Counted from the first letter of the stretch, positions 24,791 through 38,832 are shown. The stretch is 64,000 bases of DNA from the human T2T-CHM13v2.0 reference genome, Homo sapiens (GCF_009914755.1 NC_060925.1); one strand, 5' to 3'. Made by a program: numbers and translations. The notes: generated by a model not told the origin, from the sequence alone.

Positions 24791-25202
24791 TTCTGTATCG
24801 GAGAAGATTATTATTTGCGGTACAAAAAGGTCTGAATATCCAAAAGTCTTTTAGATACTTGACCTATGTACCACATCCCTGTAAAGATCTCTCTACCTTT
24901 CCAGATCCTGACTTACCGTGTCTCTCCCCTGTAGGACAGGGACACTGGAAGGACAAAAGAGTCACTAACATTCCCTGCCTGAAGTGAGACATAAGAAGGT
25001 AAACTCTTTGTGGGGCAAAGAGCAAAGAAGCAGCTTCAAATGGGTAGATTGGGGGTTTCTGTGGATAGGGAGAAAGTGGACAGATGAAGACAGTGGGTGG
25101 GGGCACTGTCTTCCAACCAAAAGGGTGGCCATAGGCTGTCCTTTAACAACCTAACACAAAGGTCTTCCCTTATGCCAGAGCCAAGTGATAGATTTAATAT
25201 CT

Positions 25203-25639
25203 AAAGCGGTACTTTTCAAAAATTGTGGCCTCAAAACCATTTTACTCTTTTAAAATGTACTGAGGATCCCAATAAACTTTTGTGTGTATTATACTGATTG
25301 ATATTCACAGTATTAGAAATCCACACTGAAAAATTTTTGAAGTATCTTTTTATGAGTGAAAATAATAACTTATTACATGTAAACTATATTTTCTTAAAAA
25401 TAGAAGATGCTCTTTTTCATTTTATAGCAATTTCTTTAATATCTGGCTTACTAGAGGACAGCTGGATTATAATACCTGCTTCTGCATTCATCTGTTTTAC
25501 TATTACAAGTCATGTAGATTCTCAATAATTCTAAATGAATAAGGGAGAAAGAAGCTAAAAATTGTCTTGGCCTTACTATGAAAATAGTTTTGACTTCAGG
25601 AATGCTCCAGGGGTTATAAGTTCTTTTTGAGAACCACTG
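25203..25639 (+). mobile_element. MER119-like hAT-Charlie DNA transposon
   Basis: Starts agcggtacttttcaaaaattgtggcctcaaaaccattttactcttttaaaatgtactgaggatccc and ends tttgagaaccactg (Charlie TIR). Confidence 0.72.
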
Positions 25640-26461
25640 ATCTGAAGACATATTCCAGGATTTTTTACCTCCTTGAGGGCTCCCTATGTGTTGGAACTGT
25701 ATTGCTTATATCAAACTAAAGAGCTGATTGAACACTATTTGCTGTTGTGGATGTGCGCTTGACTGTAAGACTATTTTGTAATGGAGCAGCTCACTTCTCT
25801 AATATGATGAGAAGAATAATAGAGGTAGTAGGCTAAGAGATACCCGTTTTGAATCTCAATGCAAAATCCTTTCTATGGTAAGCATAAGATAGATGTTCAG
25901 CCTTCAGAAAGGAAACTGAGAGGTTGAGAGTGGGGAGAAAGAAAAGAAAGGATGCTATTTAATATAGATATTACCTTATTTAATATTAAAGCTACCAATA
26001 CAGTGTTAGTAACCTTATTTTACGCATATATAAATATCCTAAGATTCACAGACATTAAATAATTTATCCAAAGTCAAATACCACATGAATAGAATTTCAG
26101 AGATTTGAACCCAGGTTTATAAGTTTACCTACTATCTAACAAAAATGCAATTACAAAAAAATAGTTCAAGACTTGGAAATGAGCAGAAGCATCCTTTCAG
26201 TGGAATGCTGAGCATTGTCTAGCAGACTTTTGGGTTGGGGGAGAGGAGTTCCGGTTCTATAGGCGTGTACACCATTGATTGTCTTTCTCTTAACGAGGTT
26301 ATTGTTTACTCTGTAGGGGTAGATGTTAAGTTGTAGACAAACGACAGTAAAGCAAATGATCCTCATCCATAGTAATGCAAAGAAATATTGTGTGTTACAG
26401 GCCTAAGTGATTTCTACTCTGTGGAAAAGATATACCAAAATATTATATTTCATTGCTCTAT

Positions 26462-26572
26462 GGTAGGGGGTCATCAGCCTTTAGCCTGTTTATGCAATCA
26501 AGACCAAATGTGACCTGCAAATCCAAAATATTTGCTATTTGGACCTGTACAGAAAAAGTATACTCACTCCTA
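26462..26572. mobile_element. MER58-like hAT MITE fragment
   Basis: tgtgacctgcaaatccaaaatatttgctatttggacctgtacagaaaaagt. Confidence 0.6.
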
Positions 26573-26894
26573 TCTCTCTTAGAAAATTCATTTCTATATT
26601 CCTAAATATTTATATACAAATTATTACATAATTATCTATATACATATATGTATCTCATCTCTATATACTGTTTATAATTTCTATAATTTATTCAAATCTG
26701 TAGACACTGTATAGAAATCCTTGCTGAAACTATAAAGTTTTTAAATTATTAGTGTATTACAGAAAATCTAAGGAAAATGATTTAATTTAGTTCTCTACAT
26801 TTTCATGAAATGATTTCTTTTAATAAAGAATAATTATATCAAGAATTTTTTCTGTTAATTTACTTCCATTGATGAATTTAAAAATGTAATTTTA

Positions 26895-27095
26895 GGCCAG
26901 GCATGGTGGCTTATGCCTGTAATCCCAGCACTTTGGGAGACCGAGGCGGGTGGATCACCTAAGGTCAGGAGTTTGAGACCAGCCTGGCAAACATGGTGAA
27001 ATCCCATCTCTACTAAAAATACAAAAGTTAGCTGGGCGTGGTGGTGCATGCCTGTAATCCCAGCTACACAGGAAGCTGAGGCAGAAGAAAAAAAA
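26895..27095 (+). mobile_element. Alu (AluS), 3'-truncated in the right arm
   Basis: Left arm, linker tactaaaaatacaaaa, and right arm only as far as gctgaggcagaagaaaaaaaa. Confidence 0.93.
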
Positions 27096-28342
27096 TGAAC
27101 ATAGGAAATTATTAGTCTTAATTTTTAAAATGTTTTCCTGTGTGTGTGTTTAAATTTATAAAAAATACTTTATATGGGTATACTTAGTCTGTTTATTATA
27201 CTTTTAGTTAATTTGAAAGAAAGTGATTGTTGGACTTGTGTTTAATATTACTTTTTACTAGTTATTCTTTTTGAAGAAAAATGAGAGAAAGAAAAATAAT
27301 TATACATTAAGTTCAATAATTTCATATGAGATCATAATTCACTGCTCATTCAAAGGAAACCTGTACCATCCACTGCCTAAATCAATGCTGCTTATTTATA
27401 TAACGGTGAAATCCTCAATGGTCATATTGAAAGGAACCCTGGGCTTTTGCACTGTATTAATCTGATGGCCTTTGAGAACTAAAACAGAAATGAAATAGTA
27501 ATAGTGTTAGATTTTCAATTGTCTTCCATACTGCTTATGACAACTTCACAAAACCTTGATACATTTCTACTAAAATGAATTATTTATAGGCCTACAGTCT
27601 TCATTTTCAAGTTTTCTTTTAAAAGTCTACTGACAAAATTTGTGTATTATAAAATACACAATTATCTGCAATACCTGCCATCATAGTCTAGTATCGTTCT
27701 CTGCCCTATAAATTGTCATCTTTCGTGTAACTTATTTGTTTTGTAACTCAAGTGTTGTTCGAAAGCAGAAATTTCTTTTTAGCTCAGGTTATGTTTTGCC
27801 ATGTATATTTCCATATTGTTATGCATTATGTTGAAGTCAAAGGTGGAATGAAATAGCTTTTCTGCAAAATAACCAAGGGTTGAAGATCATAGAAGACATG
27901 AGATATTAAAGATGTTGTAAGGATTTGTTCAGATTCTCAATAATGCGTCCATAAGGGGCCAGGTTAATTAATATGGTAACATTGATCTAGGAAAATAATA
28001 AATGCAACCAAACATCAAAACCCCTTGGGAAAGGAGCTAGCAAAATATCAAATGTTAATTCTTCCAATCTTGGAGTGTACATCCTTGAAAAACACAAAAT
28101 GCTACTGTGAGACACTCTTATCCATTTATAATTTGAAGCACAAGTACTACATATAGCATTCAGAAGTTTTCTAATTTAGGTAGAGAAAAATATTTTTTAT
28201 CCAAGAGGCAATATTAAATCCGTATGGGAGGTAAGGAGGGAGTTTTAATGAGGCAGGATGAGTGGGTGAGGGAGACACGAATTTCAAAATATGTTCCATA
28301 AATTGTTGATCTTAAGTAGGACATTTCCTTCATTTAGGGTGT

Positions 28343-28729
28343 TGTTATGGTTTGAATGTGTACCCCAAAAAGGATGTGTTGGAAACTTAATTCCCAATGC
28401 AACAATGTTGGGAGGTGGAATCAAATGAGAGGAGATTAGGCTATGAGGGCTCTGTTTTTATGAGAGGATTAATGTGGTCATGATGGGAGTGGGTCGATTG
28501 TTACAGGAGTGGATTCCTTATGAAAAAACAAATTTGGCCCTCTCTGGCCTCTCCTTTACCCTCTCTTTGCCCTTCTGCAATTGGATGATGCAGCAAGAAG
28601 GCCTTTGTCAGATGCAGTCCCTTGATCTTGAACTTCCCAGCCTCCAGAAAAATGAGCCAATACATTTCTATTCATTATAAATTACCCAGTCTAAGATTCT
28701 GTTATAGCAGCACAAAATAAACTAAGACA
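28343..28729 (+). mobile_element. MST (MSTD-like) MaLR solo LTR
   Basis: tgttatggtttgaatgtgtacccc...cttcccagcctccagaa...ataaattacccagtct...gttatagcagcacaaaataaactaagaca; TG...CA ends; flanks ggtgt/gttgt. Confidence 0.9.
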
Positions 28730-30332
28730 GTTGTCTTTTAACTTCAATATTGAGGCAAAGAACTAAAATGGGATAAAGCTTGCAAATCACATTGACTGGG
28801 CTGTTTTGTCTCTGAATATAAAATTAATAAGGTATGTGAAAGTTGTTTACTAAAACTACTAAAAATGCAGCATTTAATTTAAAAATGTCCTTTATTCCAG
28901 ATGAATGGCTAAAACTAAAATAATGTAGGGCAGAGCAACAAAAACAATCGAGAAAAAAAAGGATTAATATGCTACTTCAAATTAAAAATATATAACCTAT
29001 TAATTAAAATTACATTATGGCCATAGTTCCTGTTTTAAAGGATTTCATCTCTTTACTAAATTGCTACTGTATAATGTATAATGAGACAAAAAAATACAAA
29101 AAATTTAAATTATAAAGAAGCAGCTAATTTCTGGTTCTAGGACTTTGGATAGCATTCATTTGAAATACTTAGAATGATTTACAACTGCTTAATTATTTGT
29201 CTAATATCCCATGGAGTACTGGGATTGTAGTTTGAAACTGAGAAAGGGAAATTTAAGGCACTTCCTGACATAGGAAAATATTGGGTTACAAGAATAGTCT
29301 TGCAGGAAAAGTGAGTGATAGAAGCCTAATCACCAGGGACATACTAAAGTCAACAGTGCTAAAATATTAGAAGGTTTATTTTAGGAAGCAATTTTCCCCT
29401 GCCGGGGTGTGTTTGTGGACTGGATTGCTTACTTGAGCTTTCTTCATCTCTATTGTCCATTTCCATGCCTACATTTGAGTACATAAAGCAACATCCTTAA
29501 CATTTGAGTTTATATTCTTCATCTCATGCTGCCCAACTCTCTGACATTTTTGACCATCCAAGAAAAATGTGAAAACAAATTTAATGGGGCTTTCTGATGG
29601 CTGTCCACCTAAAAGACTATATCATTTATGTGATGTTCACCACCCCTTAAGATTTCAAAATAATGCGTAATAATCTATGACCAACCACAGGAAACCATTA
29701 TATGGAACACAATGCACTTTAGCGAATGGCTCTACATTGGAAAAATTTCAGATACTATATGAGTTCATTAAGGCAATTATCCCTTAAATTCTGAAAAGAC
29801 ACGACTGGCTTGGTCATGGTTAGTGTTAGTGATTTCCTGTGGTGTGGTGTTTATGATAGTAGCATAAACCCAACATGAAGTTACATTTGCCTGGGGGCAG
29901 TTGTAACTTAAGTGCTTGCTTTCTTGACATTTATTCATATTCTTCAGGAAGAAAATGTATTTTTGTTGGTTTGTTTGACCAGCCTTTATTGTTAAAAAAA
30001 AAAAAAAGAAAAGAAAAGAAAGACGATAGAACCTATATGGCTCAAAAATGTATGTTACAAATGTACCTGCCAGGAAAGGTAGAGTCCTTCTGTCTTTGGA
30101 CAAAACAGCCTATTATTTTGTACAACATACTTCTGATGGTGAGATCCTTTTCCTTAAGAAATGATATTCTCCAAGTTGATGTTTCTTAAATCAAGAAGTC
30201 AAAAAAAAATACCGCTATGACATTTGAAAATGGATGAAGTTCTGCGTACTGCCATAGGATAAGGGAGCTTTCACTGTTTATCTCACTGAGAACCATTAAG
30301 CAGAGAAGGTACTAATGCATGTCAGTAGTATC

Positions 30333-30664
30333 TACATCATGCACCCTACAACATTCTGGTCAACAACAGACTGCATATAAGATGGTAGTCTCATAAGATT
30401 ATAGTACTATATTTTACTATGCCTATTCTATGTTTAGATACACCAATATTTACCACTGTGTTACAATTGCCTACAGTACTCAGTACAGTAGCATGTTGTA
30501 CAGGTTTATAGTCTAGGAGCAATAGGCTCTACCATCTAGCTTAGGTATGTAGTAGACTATGCCATCTTGTTTTGTGTAAGTACAGTCTATGATATTCACA
30601 TAATGTTGAAATCTTCTAAAGACACATTTCTCATAACATAGCCCTGTTAAGCAACACTTGACTG
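30333..30664 (-). mobile_element. Tigger3a (MER7A/GOLEM_A)-type TcMar DNA transposon
   Basis: gtgttacaattgcctacagtactcagtacagtagcatgttgtacaggtttatagtctaggagcaataggct ... gttaagcaacacttgactg followed by TA. Confidence 0.85.
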
Positions 30665-31914
30665 TATTTGAGTTATATTGTTTGCAATTTATTCAACAAG
30701 AAGTCGTTGCTTTTGCTCTCACTTCTTTGTATATAATTTTGGATTTTAAACTGAAACTTTACCATTTATACTGACATCTCTTTCAAAGATATCATTTGTA
30801 TACTAACAGCAGTACATACAGGATGGAGGAGTTTCCTCAATAAGACTAAATGAGAACTTAACTGCTGTTGGCTCTGCCCCTGCCTTTAACAATCTGTACA
30901 TGTGAAACAGATGGGGGATTTAGGAACTGCTCATTCTACTTCTATTCAGTTACAGTCTTTTTGAGGGTTGTCTAAATCCTGATAGGTCTGCTTTGCTCAT
31001 ATATTTCAAAATACTGTCAATTCATTTAAACATACATCTAAAAATGATAGTAATATTGTTATACTACTGTCTAGAACAAACATTCCACTAGCTCAAAGCT
31101 TAGTATTCAGGAGTCTAGAGCTGGAAAGCAAGACTGGTATTTTTTTTTCTCTTTTGTCCTAAAAGTGATTTCACACAATTTGTTTGGACATTTCTGCATT
31201 CCAAATACCAAGCATAGTAAGGGAGACATTTGGTGATATCAGATGTCATTCTTTATTTACATGTATTGTCTAATCTCAAGTTGGATAAGAATACATCAAT
31301 TTTTGTGGATCTTTTCATTGGCAAAGTTGAATGTACTAAACAGAACAGTGAAGCTTTAAATAAGCCCTGTGACATACTTACAATCTCCGTACTTAAAAGA
31401 TTATGCATTGTAAATCTTTTGATAGGGGCCAAAATTAAATAACCATGAATTATTCAGTGACAAGCTGAAGGATTCAAGTGCAGATTGGTTCACGGTACTA
31501 TTTGTTAAAGCTAAGCAAATAAGAAGGGTTTGGCAGTGTGCCTCCTCCCTTGGTTTGTGGGTTTTGACTTTTCAAGCACTCTGACCCTTGCCCTCCTCCT
31601 CTGCGGCCATCAGTGGAAAGTTGTAGGGTAGCTCAGGAAGAAAAACAGCATACTCTTAGAAACTTTGGGTTTTTGGACTGGACCCAGGGAAATCCCTGGG
31701 AAATAAGAAAGCAGTATTGTTTATGTACAAAAAAGAGACTTATTTATAAAAGATTTAAAGCACTTAATCCATTTTGCAAAGCATAATTAAGTAAAATAAA
31801 CACCAAATTGTAGAACAGAACAATAAATAAACAAAAAACAGATTTAGTACTAGCCGAGTAGCATGCTTGTAACCTAATGAGGTAAACTTGCTATTACCCA
31901 GTATTTATCAAAAA

Positions 31915-32040
31915 AACACAGTAAGTGGAATCGCACAGACTTGGGTTGAATCCTATTTGGCTGCTCTCTAGTTGTATCGGCCTGAGCAATTTGCTTAACT
32001 TCTCTGAATCTCAGAGAGTACTCTACCCAGTTGTTATTAT
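31915..32040 (+). mobile_element. MIR fragment
   Basis: cagacttgggttgaatcct...cctgagcaatttgcttaacttctctgaatctcag. Confidence 0.75.
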
Positions 32041-32063
32041 TGTCAATAAAAAAAGATACTGCC

Positions 32064-32182
32064 AGCCAGGTGTAATGGCTCATAACTGTAATCCCAGCAT
32101 TTTGCAAGGCTGAGGCAGGCAGATCACTTGAGGCCAGGAGTTTGAGACCAACTCTGGCAAAATGGTGAAACCCTGTCTCTAT
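32064..32182 (+). mobile_element. Alu left monomer (FLAM or truncated Alu)
   Basis: gccaggtgtaatggctcataactgtaatcccagc...gaggccaggagtttgagacca...gaaaccctgtctcta. Confidence 0.88.
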
Positions 32183-32689
32183 ATTTTCTGTTAGTAATCC
32201 AAATTAGTACTACCACTTTGCTCACAGGCAAAGGTAACAGACAGGGCCAGGGAAGGAAGCTATCATTTTCTTTTTGGTGATTCTGAATTCTGTTGTCTTC
32301 CTTTCATAAGAACTCAGAGCAGTGTGCCTGCTTCCTCTCTTCCCCATACTCTCACTTTTTGATTTTTCTTGCTAATAGAGTCCACTCTCTGCATTAATTT
32401 CTGGAGTAGATTTCTGAATATCTACATTTAAATTCTTTCTGTAATACACCTGAGCTTGAAGTTTTTTCTATCCCATTCAGGCATTTACAGATGAATTCAA
32501 TTAATTTTTTTTTCTGAAGGCTTACTCTGCAAAATTTTGTATAAAACGCTATAAAACTGCACATAGGCATGAGTCATGGTTTCTACTTCAAAGAACACAT
32601 AATAAAGTAAGGGTAAAAGAGTACATGATAAAAAACTACTAAATAAAATTTTGTAAGCTTTAATAATTATATAATATAGTAATAGTTAG

Positions 32690-32885
32690 GGTAATGATGA
32701 TAGCTGATGCTTATTCCCAGTTCACTATCTGCCTATACTTTTCTAAAAGTTTTGCATGTATTAGCTGATTTAATTCTACCTGCAACCTAAACAGGTTGGC
32801 ACTATCATAAGCTTCATTTTACAGATGAGGAAACTGAGGCAAAGAGGTTAAATTATTTTCTTAAGGTAGAACAACTAATGAATGA
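32690..32885 (-). mobile_element. MIR SINE
   Basis: Canonical core cattttacagatgaggaaactgaggcaaagaggttaaa. Confidence 0.88.
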
Positions 32886-33559
32886 CATAACGGTCCCTTA
32901 AGAAGAAGCACTGGGTGCCTCGGATGCAGTCGGGCTCTTGGACCTTCCGTTATCCACACACTTAATCCCTGTGCAATGTAGGCACCAAAAGAGCACCACT
33001 TCAATTGGAACTGACATCACTCTCTTGAGGGTTTTTATTTAGCTGGAATAGTAAGAAAAAACCCTTAATTACAGCTGGATTGTTCAGGTAATGTTTCCTA
33101 AAGAAGATTAGCTTCTGAAAAATTACTAAAAGAGCAGACTGAAATTTTTTAGTAGTATTCAATTTTCCAGATAATAAAAATGATATGAGTGCACTGCAGA
33201 AATTTTAGAAAATACTAAAAAGCATATAGAAGAAAATAAAAATTACTCATAATATCTATACTCAGAGTTAATATCTGTTGGTATTTGGGTATGTATCATC
33301 TGGGTGGGAGTGTGGGTAATTTCCCTTCTTTGTGCTTTGATATATTTTTCCAACATTTTGCAATGCAAAGAATTATGGTTATAATAAGAAACAGACCAAT
33401 TGTGCAATACTTTAAAAATATATTTTTTCTCATTAATTTCACTTTTAGAAAGATTTCCTTGAGAAATCTGGAATGACTATAATACATACATATACACACA
33501 TATATATTCATATATATATTCCTTTATATATATTCTTCAAAATACATATATACAAATTT

Positions 33560-33562
<3 letters not shown>

Positions 33563-33604
<42 letters not shown>
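33563..33604. repeat. (AT)21 microsatellite
   Basis: Uninterrupted AT dinucleotide run. Confidence 0.95.
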
Positions 33605-33607
<3 letters not shown>

Positions 33608-33959
33608 GGATTATAATACCATTTTAAAAACTTCTATAATTTTTGGTATAATAATTACCTTCTCATGTTACCGCAAATTTTTCTGTAACCCATTATTAAT
33701 TGATATAATTTTTTTAGCCAATAGCATGTTTTTAGATATTTAAAGAGAGTGGAATGGAAACATTTAAAAATACTTCCTTTTTTTGACTTCCTTTTTTTGA
33801 CTTTTCCTTTTAAACTACAAAAGCAATAAATCTTTTTTGCAAAATGCCTGGTAACATAGAGATGTGTTGCCAAGAAACAAGGAGCAATTTTTCCTTCCCC
33901 CTGCTCCCTCCTTTTTCTCTCATCAGACTGACCTTCCTACATTCTCCACTTGCTCTGTT

Positions 33960-34560
33960 ATCAATTTTTGGTGTATATCTTTTTGCATTCACCTCTATGC
34001 CCATTTCATATGTACACAATCCAAATATTTGCTATATTTATATATGATTTTCTCCTAATTTAAAAAATAAAAAATTAAAAGTGGACTGCAGAGTATTATA
34101 TAAAATGTGAATACATTTATGCCCAATAAGAATAGTATCTTAAATGAACAGATGAACATCCTTCTTCAAATATAATTTTATATGTCTCTGAGGAGTGTTT
34201 TATTAGGCTAAAATCTCAAAAATGAAATCAACAGGTAAGAGGATATTCACAATTTTTAGTGTGTTGATCCACATGGCAAAATTGCCCTACAGAAAGATCA
34301 GACTGATTTCACACTTGTTCAGAAATGTCAATGCTGCTATTGTTTCTAGTGTGTCATATTTAATATCACCATGGAATTGTTACTTTCATTATATCAGTTC
34401 TTTAATTCGGCTAACTTCCTTCCATTTCCGTGTGGTATCTTGTAATTATCTTTCTTTTTCATTTCAGAGAATCTTTGTTTTATTATAATATTTTGTTGAG
34501 AACACAGTTTGAGTTTATGTATCAAAAAATTTTAATTATATAAGCCTATCTTCTTAGTTT
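33960..34560 (-). mobile_element. Old L1M (L1ME-like) fragment
   Basis: gatgaacatccttctt...aaatcaacaggtaagaggatattcacaatttttagtgtgttgatccacatggcaaaattgccctacagaaag resembles reverse-complement L1M ORF2/3' sequence. Confidence 0.55.
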
Positions 34561-35314
34561 TATGTGTAATATTCTTTTCACTGTCCCCATAGTTTTTAGT
34601 TTTATTTCTTGTTTGGTTGACTGATTGGCTTTGTTTTCCTCATTATTCACCCTCGATTCTAGGCCTGATATTTACACAAAAACAGTGTAAGTCGATTGTT
34701 TTTGAGACTCCTATTAACTCCGTGGGTGTTGTTATAAGTCTTCTCTCAAATTTCAAACTGTACTGTGGCTAAGTTTACATGATCAGATCCTAGATGCCTG
34801 AGAAATGTGAGGAGGGCATACGGACTTATGCAAATCTTATGTAGTTGTGTCTTTTCTGTTTTTGCAGAAATCAAGGGCATACAATGTCGTCAAAGTAGTA
34901 AAACACAAGGCATATTTGGCCAAAGGTCCAGATTGTTGAGAAGGAATAGTAAAAGATAAGCTGAAGCTTAGACCAGATTTAGAGACCCTTGAAGATAAAA
35001 GAAAAATAAAAATATGTGTATTACACTTCACAGTTTTCAAAGTGCTTTGACATGCACTATTTACTTATTCTTAAAATAACTTTTCAAATAAGCCTTCGAA
35101 AGTTTATATTCCATGCACAGATCATTCAACTAGTAAGTAGAAAAACAGGGGTTTATTCTTGAGCCTTTCTGGTTCCAGAGCCCATGTTCATTTTTCTACC
35201 CTCCGCTGCCTCAAAAGAGAATGATCATCAGAGATTCACTTTGTACAGAGATTCACTTTGTATGAACCATAATCCATTGGTAATTTGCATGGTGGATTAC
35301 AGAGAGAATATACT

Positions 35315-35678
35315 TGTCTTCATCTGTACAGGCTATTATAACAAATTACCACAGGTTGGATAACTAATAAGCAACAGACATTTATTGCTCACAGTTCTGG
35401 AGTCCAGCAAGTTCAAGATTAGAGATCCAGCAGGTTTGGTGTTTGGTGGGGACCTGCTTTCTGCTTCACAGGTAGTACCTTCTCACTGTATCCCCACATG
35501 GTGGAAGGGGCAAACAAACTCCCTTGGTCCTCTTTTATAAGGCAGTAATCCCATTCATGAGGGTGGAGCCCTCATGGGCCAATCATCTCCTGCAGGCCCT
35601 ACCACTTAACACTACTGTATTGGGGATTAGGTCTCAACATATGAATTTTTCGGGGACACAAACATTCAGGCCACAGCA
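35315..35678 (-). mobile_element. MLT1A/MLT1A0 MaLR solo LTR with TSD
   Basis: tgtctt...catttattgctcacagttctggag...aatcccattcatgagggtggagccctcatg...ggggacacaaacattcaggccacagca; flanks atact/atacc. Confidence 0.92.
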
Positions 35679-35744
35679 ATACCAAAGAAGGTTCTTCTTT
35701 CCTTCTAATCAACCTGTGGCAAATAGCTTAGCATAACTATAATA

Positions 35745-35985
35745 CAGCAATGTGCTTGAGAGTATGAAGTCTGGAGCCAGAACACATAGATTCACATCCT
35801 AGTCCATCACTTCCAAGCTGTATAACTTTGGGCAAGTTACTTAACCTTTTTGCATTTCAGTTTCCTCATATTTAAAATGTTTACATTTTAAAGTCATTTT
35901 GAAATTACATAAGTAAATATATGTAAAGTGCTTAGAAAGATACCTAACACATAGAAAACTCTCAATTAGTTGTAGTTATTATTGT
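35745..35985 (+). mobile_element. MIR SINE, near full length
   Basis: tctggagccaga...actttgggcaagttacttaacc...tcagtttcctcat...atgtaaagtgcttagaa. Confidence 0.88.
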
Positions 35986-37379
35986 TTTAGAGCAACCAGC
36001 TATTATAAGTCAGCCCTCTTGTGGGGCAATTTGCATCATTTTTAACCTCGTGAAGTAGTTCTGTCTTCTGTTTAGAGAAGGTGAAAAGATTTGAGAAAAG
36101 GCTTCCAACATCCTCCTGGTGAATCTTACTTTTCTGAACCATTATAGCACTTGTTTTAATTTGTTTTTGTAATTAGATATTTTATAGTCTCAATTGCATT
36201 GGAAGACGCTGAAGGGATGGCTCTTTTTTCCTCCTGTACTTGTCCATTATTGCTGGTTCTGTTGTGCTGTGCCTAAAATATAGGAAATGCTTGATGGCTG
36301 TTTATTGATGGTAGCAATGATGATTATGATGTTGGTCATATAGCAGATCAGGGAGCAGAGGGATTTGCTTGTGGCACAAGAAAATACTTTACAGACTTAT
36401 AGCCTAGGGGAAAGTTCCACCACCTCGCTCCCCTAAAGAAGCTCCAGTAAGTTTTCCAGAAGCTACCCTGAAATAGTCTCCATGGAGTGATTCTTCATTA
36501 TTTTATTTTGACATACGCTATTTATTTATTAGTAGCTTATTGCTTTTCTATGCTTTACAGAACCCATATTTTTTCCTGACTAGGGAAGACACTCTGAGAA
36601 GATAAGTCAGAATTTTGACGCTTCTATTAAGAATACAATGGATCTAGCCTTTGCTTTTACTCTCTATCGCTGACACAACCATGTTGGGAAAAGAGATTAC
36701 ATCAGAAGAAAAGAGTCTTTCTTGCATTTTATTGTTTATATCCTCTTTTGCAGTACATCTGAAACTAAGAGTCTGAGCCAAAAGGTGAGGGAAGGTATCA
36801 CTTGTTTCTGAAGGCAACTAAACTTCCAAGGAGATAAGTTTTTTGATATGTCACTTATGATTTTCTAGACCTTCTCAGGTTTTGAAACTGTGAGTCAAGG
36901 CACGTATATGTTACAGGAAGCGTTTTAGATCTTTCCTGACCAGCAAGCTTCTTAATGTCTCCTGTGCTTAGCAATGTGCCTCAGTATTTAGCATGATGGA
37001 CTAATCATCTGTGCTCAATAAATATATGTGCACAGATGAATGATGGCAACAGTCATGGGCCACTGTGATTCAGTGAGACTTCCCTATATTCTAGTTTTAA
37101 AAACACATATGTCACTAGAGAAGCTTACATTTTGAAAACTGTGCATATCCTTTTTATTATCTACTGCAAGCTATAGATCTTTGTGTTTTTATTATCACCA
37201 TTTTCATATGCCTTAGTATCAAACCGTTGCAATCATACTACTACTTAAGTACAAGATGTTAGGGGAACAGATGAAAGTGTGAAATTTGGGGTTCTGAAAG
37301 AATAGGAATATTTTTAGCAATGAAAACTCATTCAGCTTTTTGATTCAACATTGAGAAGCTCATGTAGGCCATTGGATGT

Positions 37380-37755
37380 CCAAATGATACTTCACCTAGA
37401 GGGTAACTTTTGAGCAAAAGCCTCTGAGAATGTAGAAGCAAATCATGTAGTTAACAGGAAAAAAAAAGAGTTCTACAGAGTGGAAAATGCAAGACCAAGG
37501 CCACGAGGGAGGAAATACCTCTTGTGTTTCTGGAGCACTGAGGAGGTTAGTCTGACTGAAGAGCAGCCAGTGAGGGGGAAACAGTGGGGCATGAGATCAG
37601 AGAGGTAACACAAGTAATGGAGAGGAAAAAAAAATAGATTGTGTAAATTTTGTAGGTCAGTATAAACGCTATGATTTCTACTCATGATGTTGTTTCTTGA
37701 ATCTATTAGAATCCATAAACGTAACAGAGTCATTAACGATCTCACTTTTCTAAAA
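37380..37755 (-). mobile_element. L2 fragment
   Basis: tgcaagaccaaggccacgagggaggaaatacctcttgtgtttctggagcactgaggagg...gagatcagagaggtaa; appears to resume near 39420 (aagatcactctggctgctgtgt). Confidence 0.65.
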
Positions 37756-37979
37756 TACATTTTTCATTTTAGAGTAGTTTTAGATTTACAGAAATGTTGA
37801 GAAGGACAATATGAAGAGTTTGCGTTACTCCTCAGCCAGTTTTTCCTGTTGTTAACTCTTTCTTTGGTCATAACTAATGAACCATTATTGATGCATTGTT
37901 ATCAAGTAAAGTTAATACTTCATTCACATTTCCTTAGTTTTTACTCAGTGAATTTTTTTTTCAAGATGCCTCTCAGAAT

Positions 37980-38832
37980 ATGAAAATAAAACCCAATTTT
38001 TTTTTTATTCTTTTACTCAATAATCAATATGGAAGACTTCTGTGACCTCTGGTCACCGAGAAGGGTATCAATTTCTCCCCATCAGCAACTAACCAATTCT
38101 GCAGTGGTTACTGGCTGGGTGTCCTCTAATTCAATTCATTCTGACACTATCTACCCAGAGACTGCATTAGATCTCACAGGTTGAGGGTTCAGTCTCAAAA
38201 GTCTGCATCCACTTCTGATGTCAATGACAAGCTCCAGGTTATTGTACCTGTGCTTCTGACAGACTGGCTATAAATCAGGGTTTCTACAACCCCCTCCTTG
38301 GGTTCAATTAATTTGCCAGAGTGGCTGACAAAATGCAGGAAACACTGAAGTTTACTGGTTTATTATAACTCGTATCCCAAAGGATACTGATGAGCACCAG
38401 ATGGAAGAGATCCATAGGACAAGGTATGTGGGAAGGGGTGCAGTGCTTGCATGATTTCCCCTGCTGTCCACCCTCCAGGAACCGCTACATGCTCAGCTAT
38501 CCAGAAGCTCCCAAACTTAGTCTTTTGGGGTTTTTATAGAAGCTATATAGGCATGATTGATTAAATTGTTGGTCATTGGTGATCAACTTAACCTTCAGCC
38601 CCTGTCCCCTCCGCAGAGGTTGGAAGGTGGAGCTGAAACTCCCAACCCAATAATCATGCTTTGGTCTTTACAGTGAGCAGCCCTCATCCTGAAGTTACTT
38701 AGGGGTGGGGCCAGTCATCAGTTCACTCACTAGCATATATAAAAGACACATCACTTTGGAGATTCCAAGGATTTTAGAAGTTATATGCCAAGAAAGTGGA
38801 CAATGACCAAATATATATTTTACAATATGGCA
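37980..38832. mobile_element. MER21-family LTR
   Basis: gctgggtgtcctctaattcaattcattctgacactatctacc...ggctataaatcagggtt...cccctccttgggttcaattaatttg...cagctatccagaagctc...ggagattccaaggattttag. Confidence 0.85.

Noticed and set aside
29220-29460. Possible L3/MIR3 3' tail
   Set aside because: The resemblance (gtggactggattgcttacttgagctttcttcatctct) is too weak to call without an HMM search.
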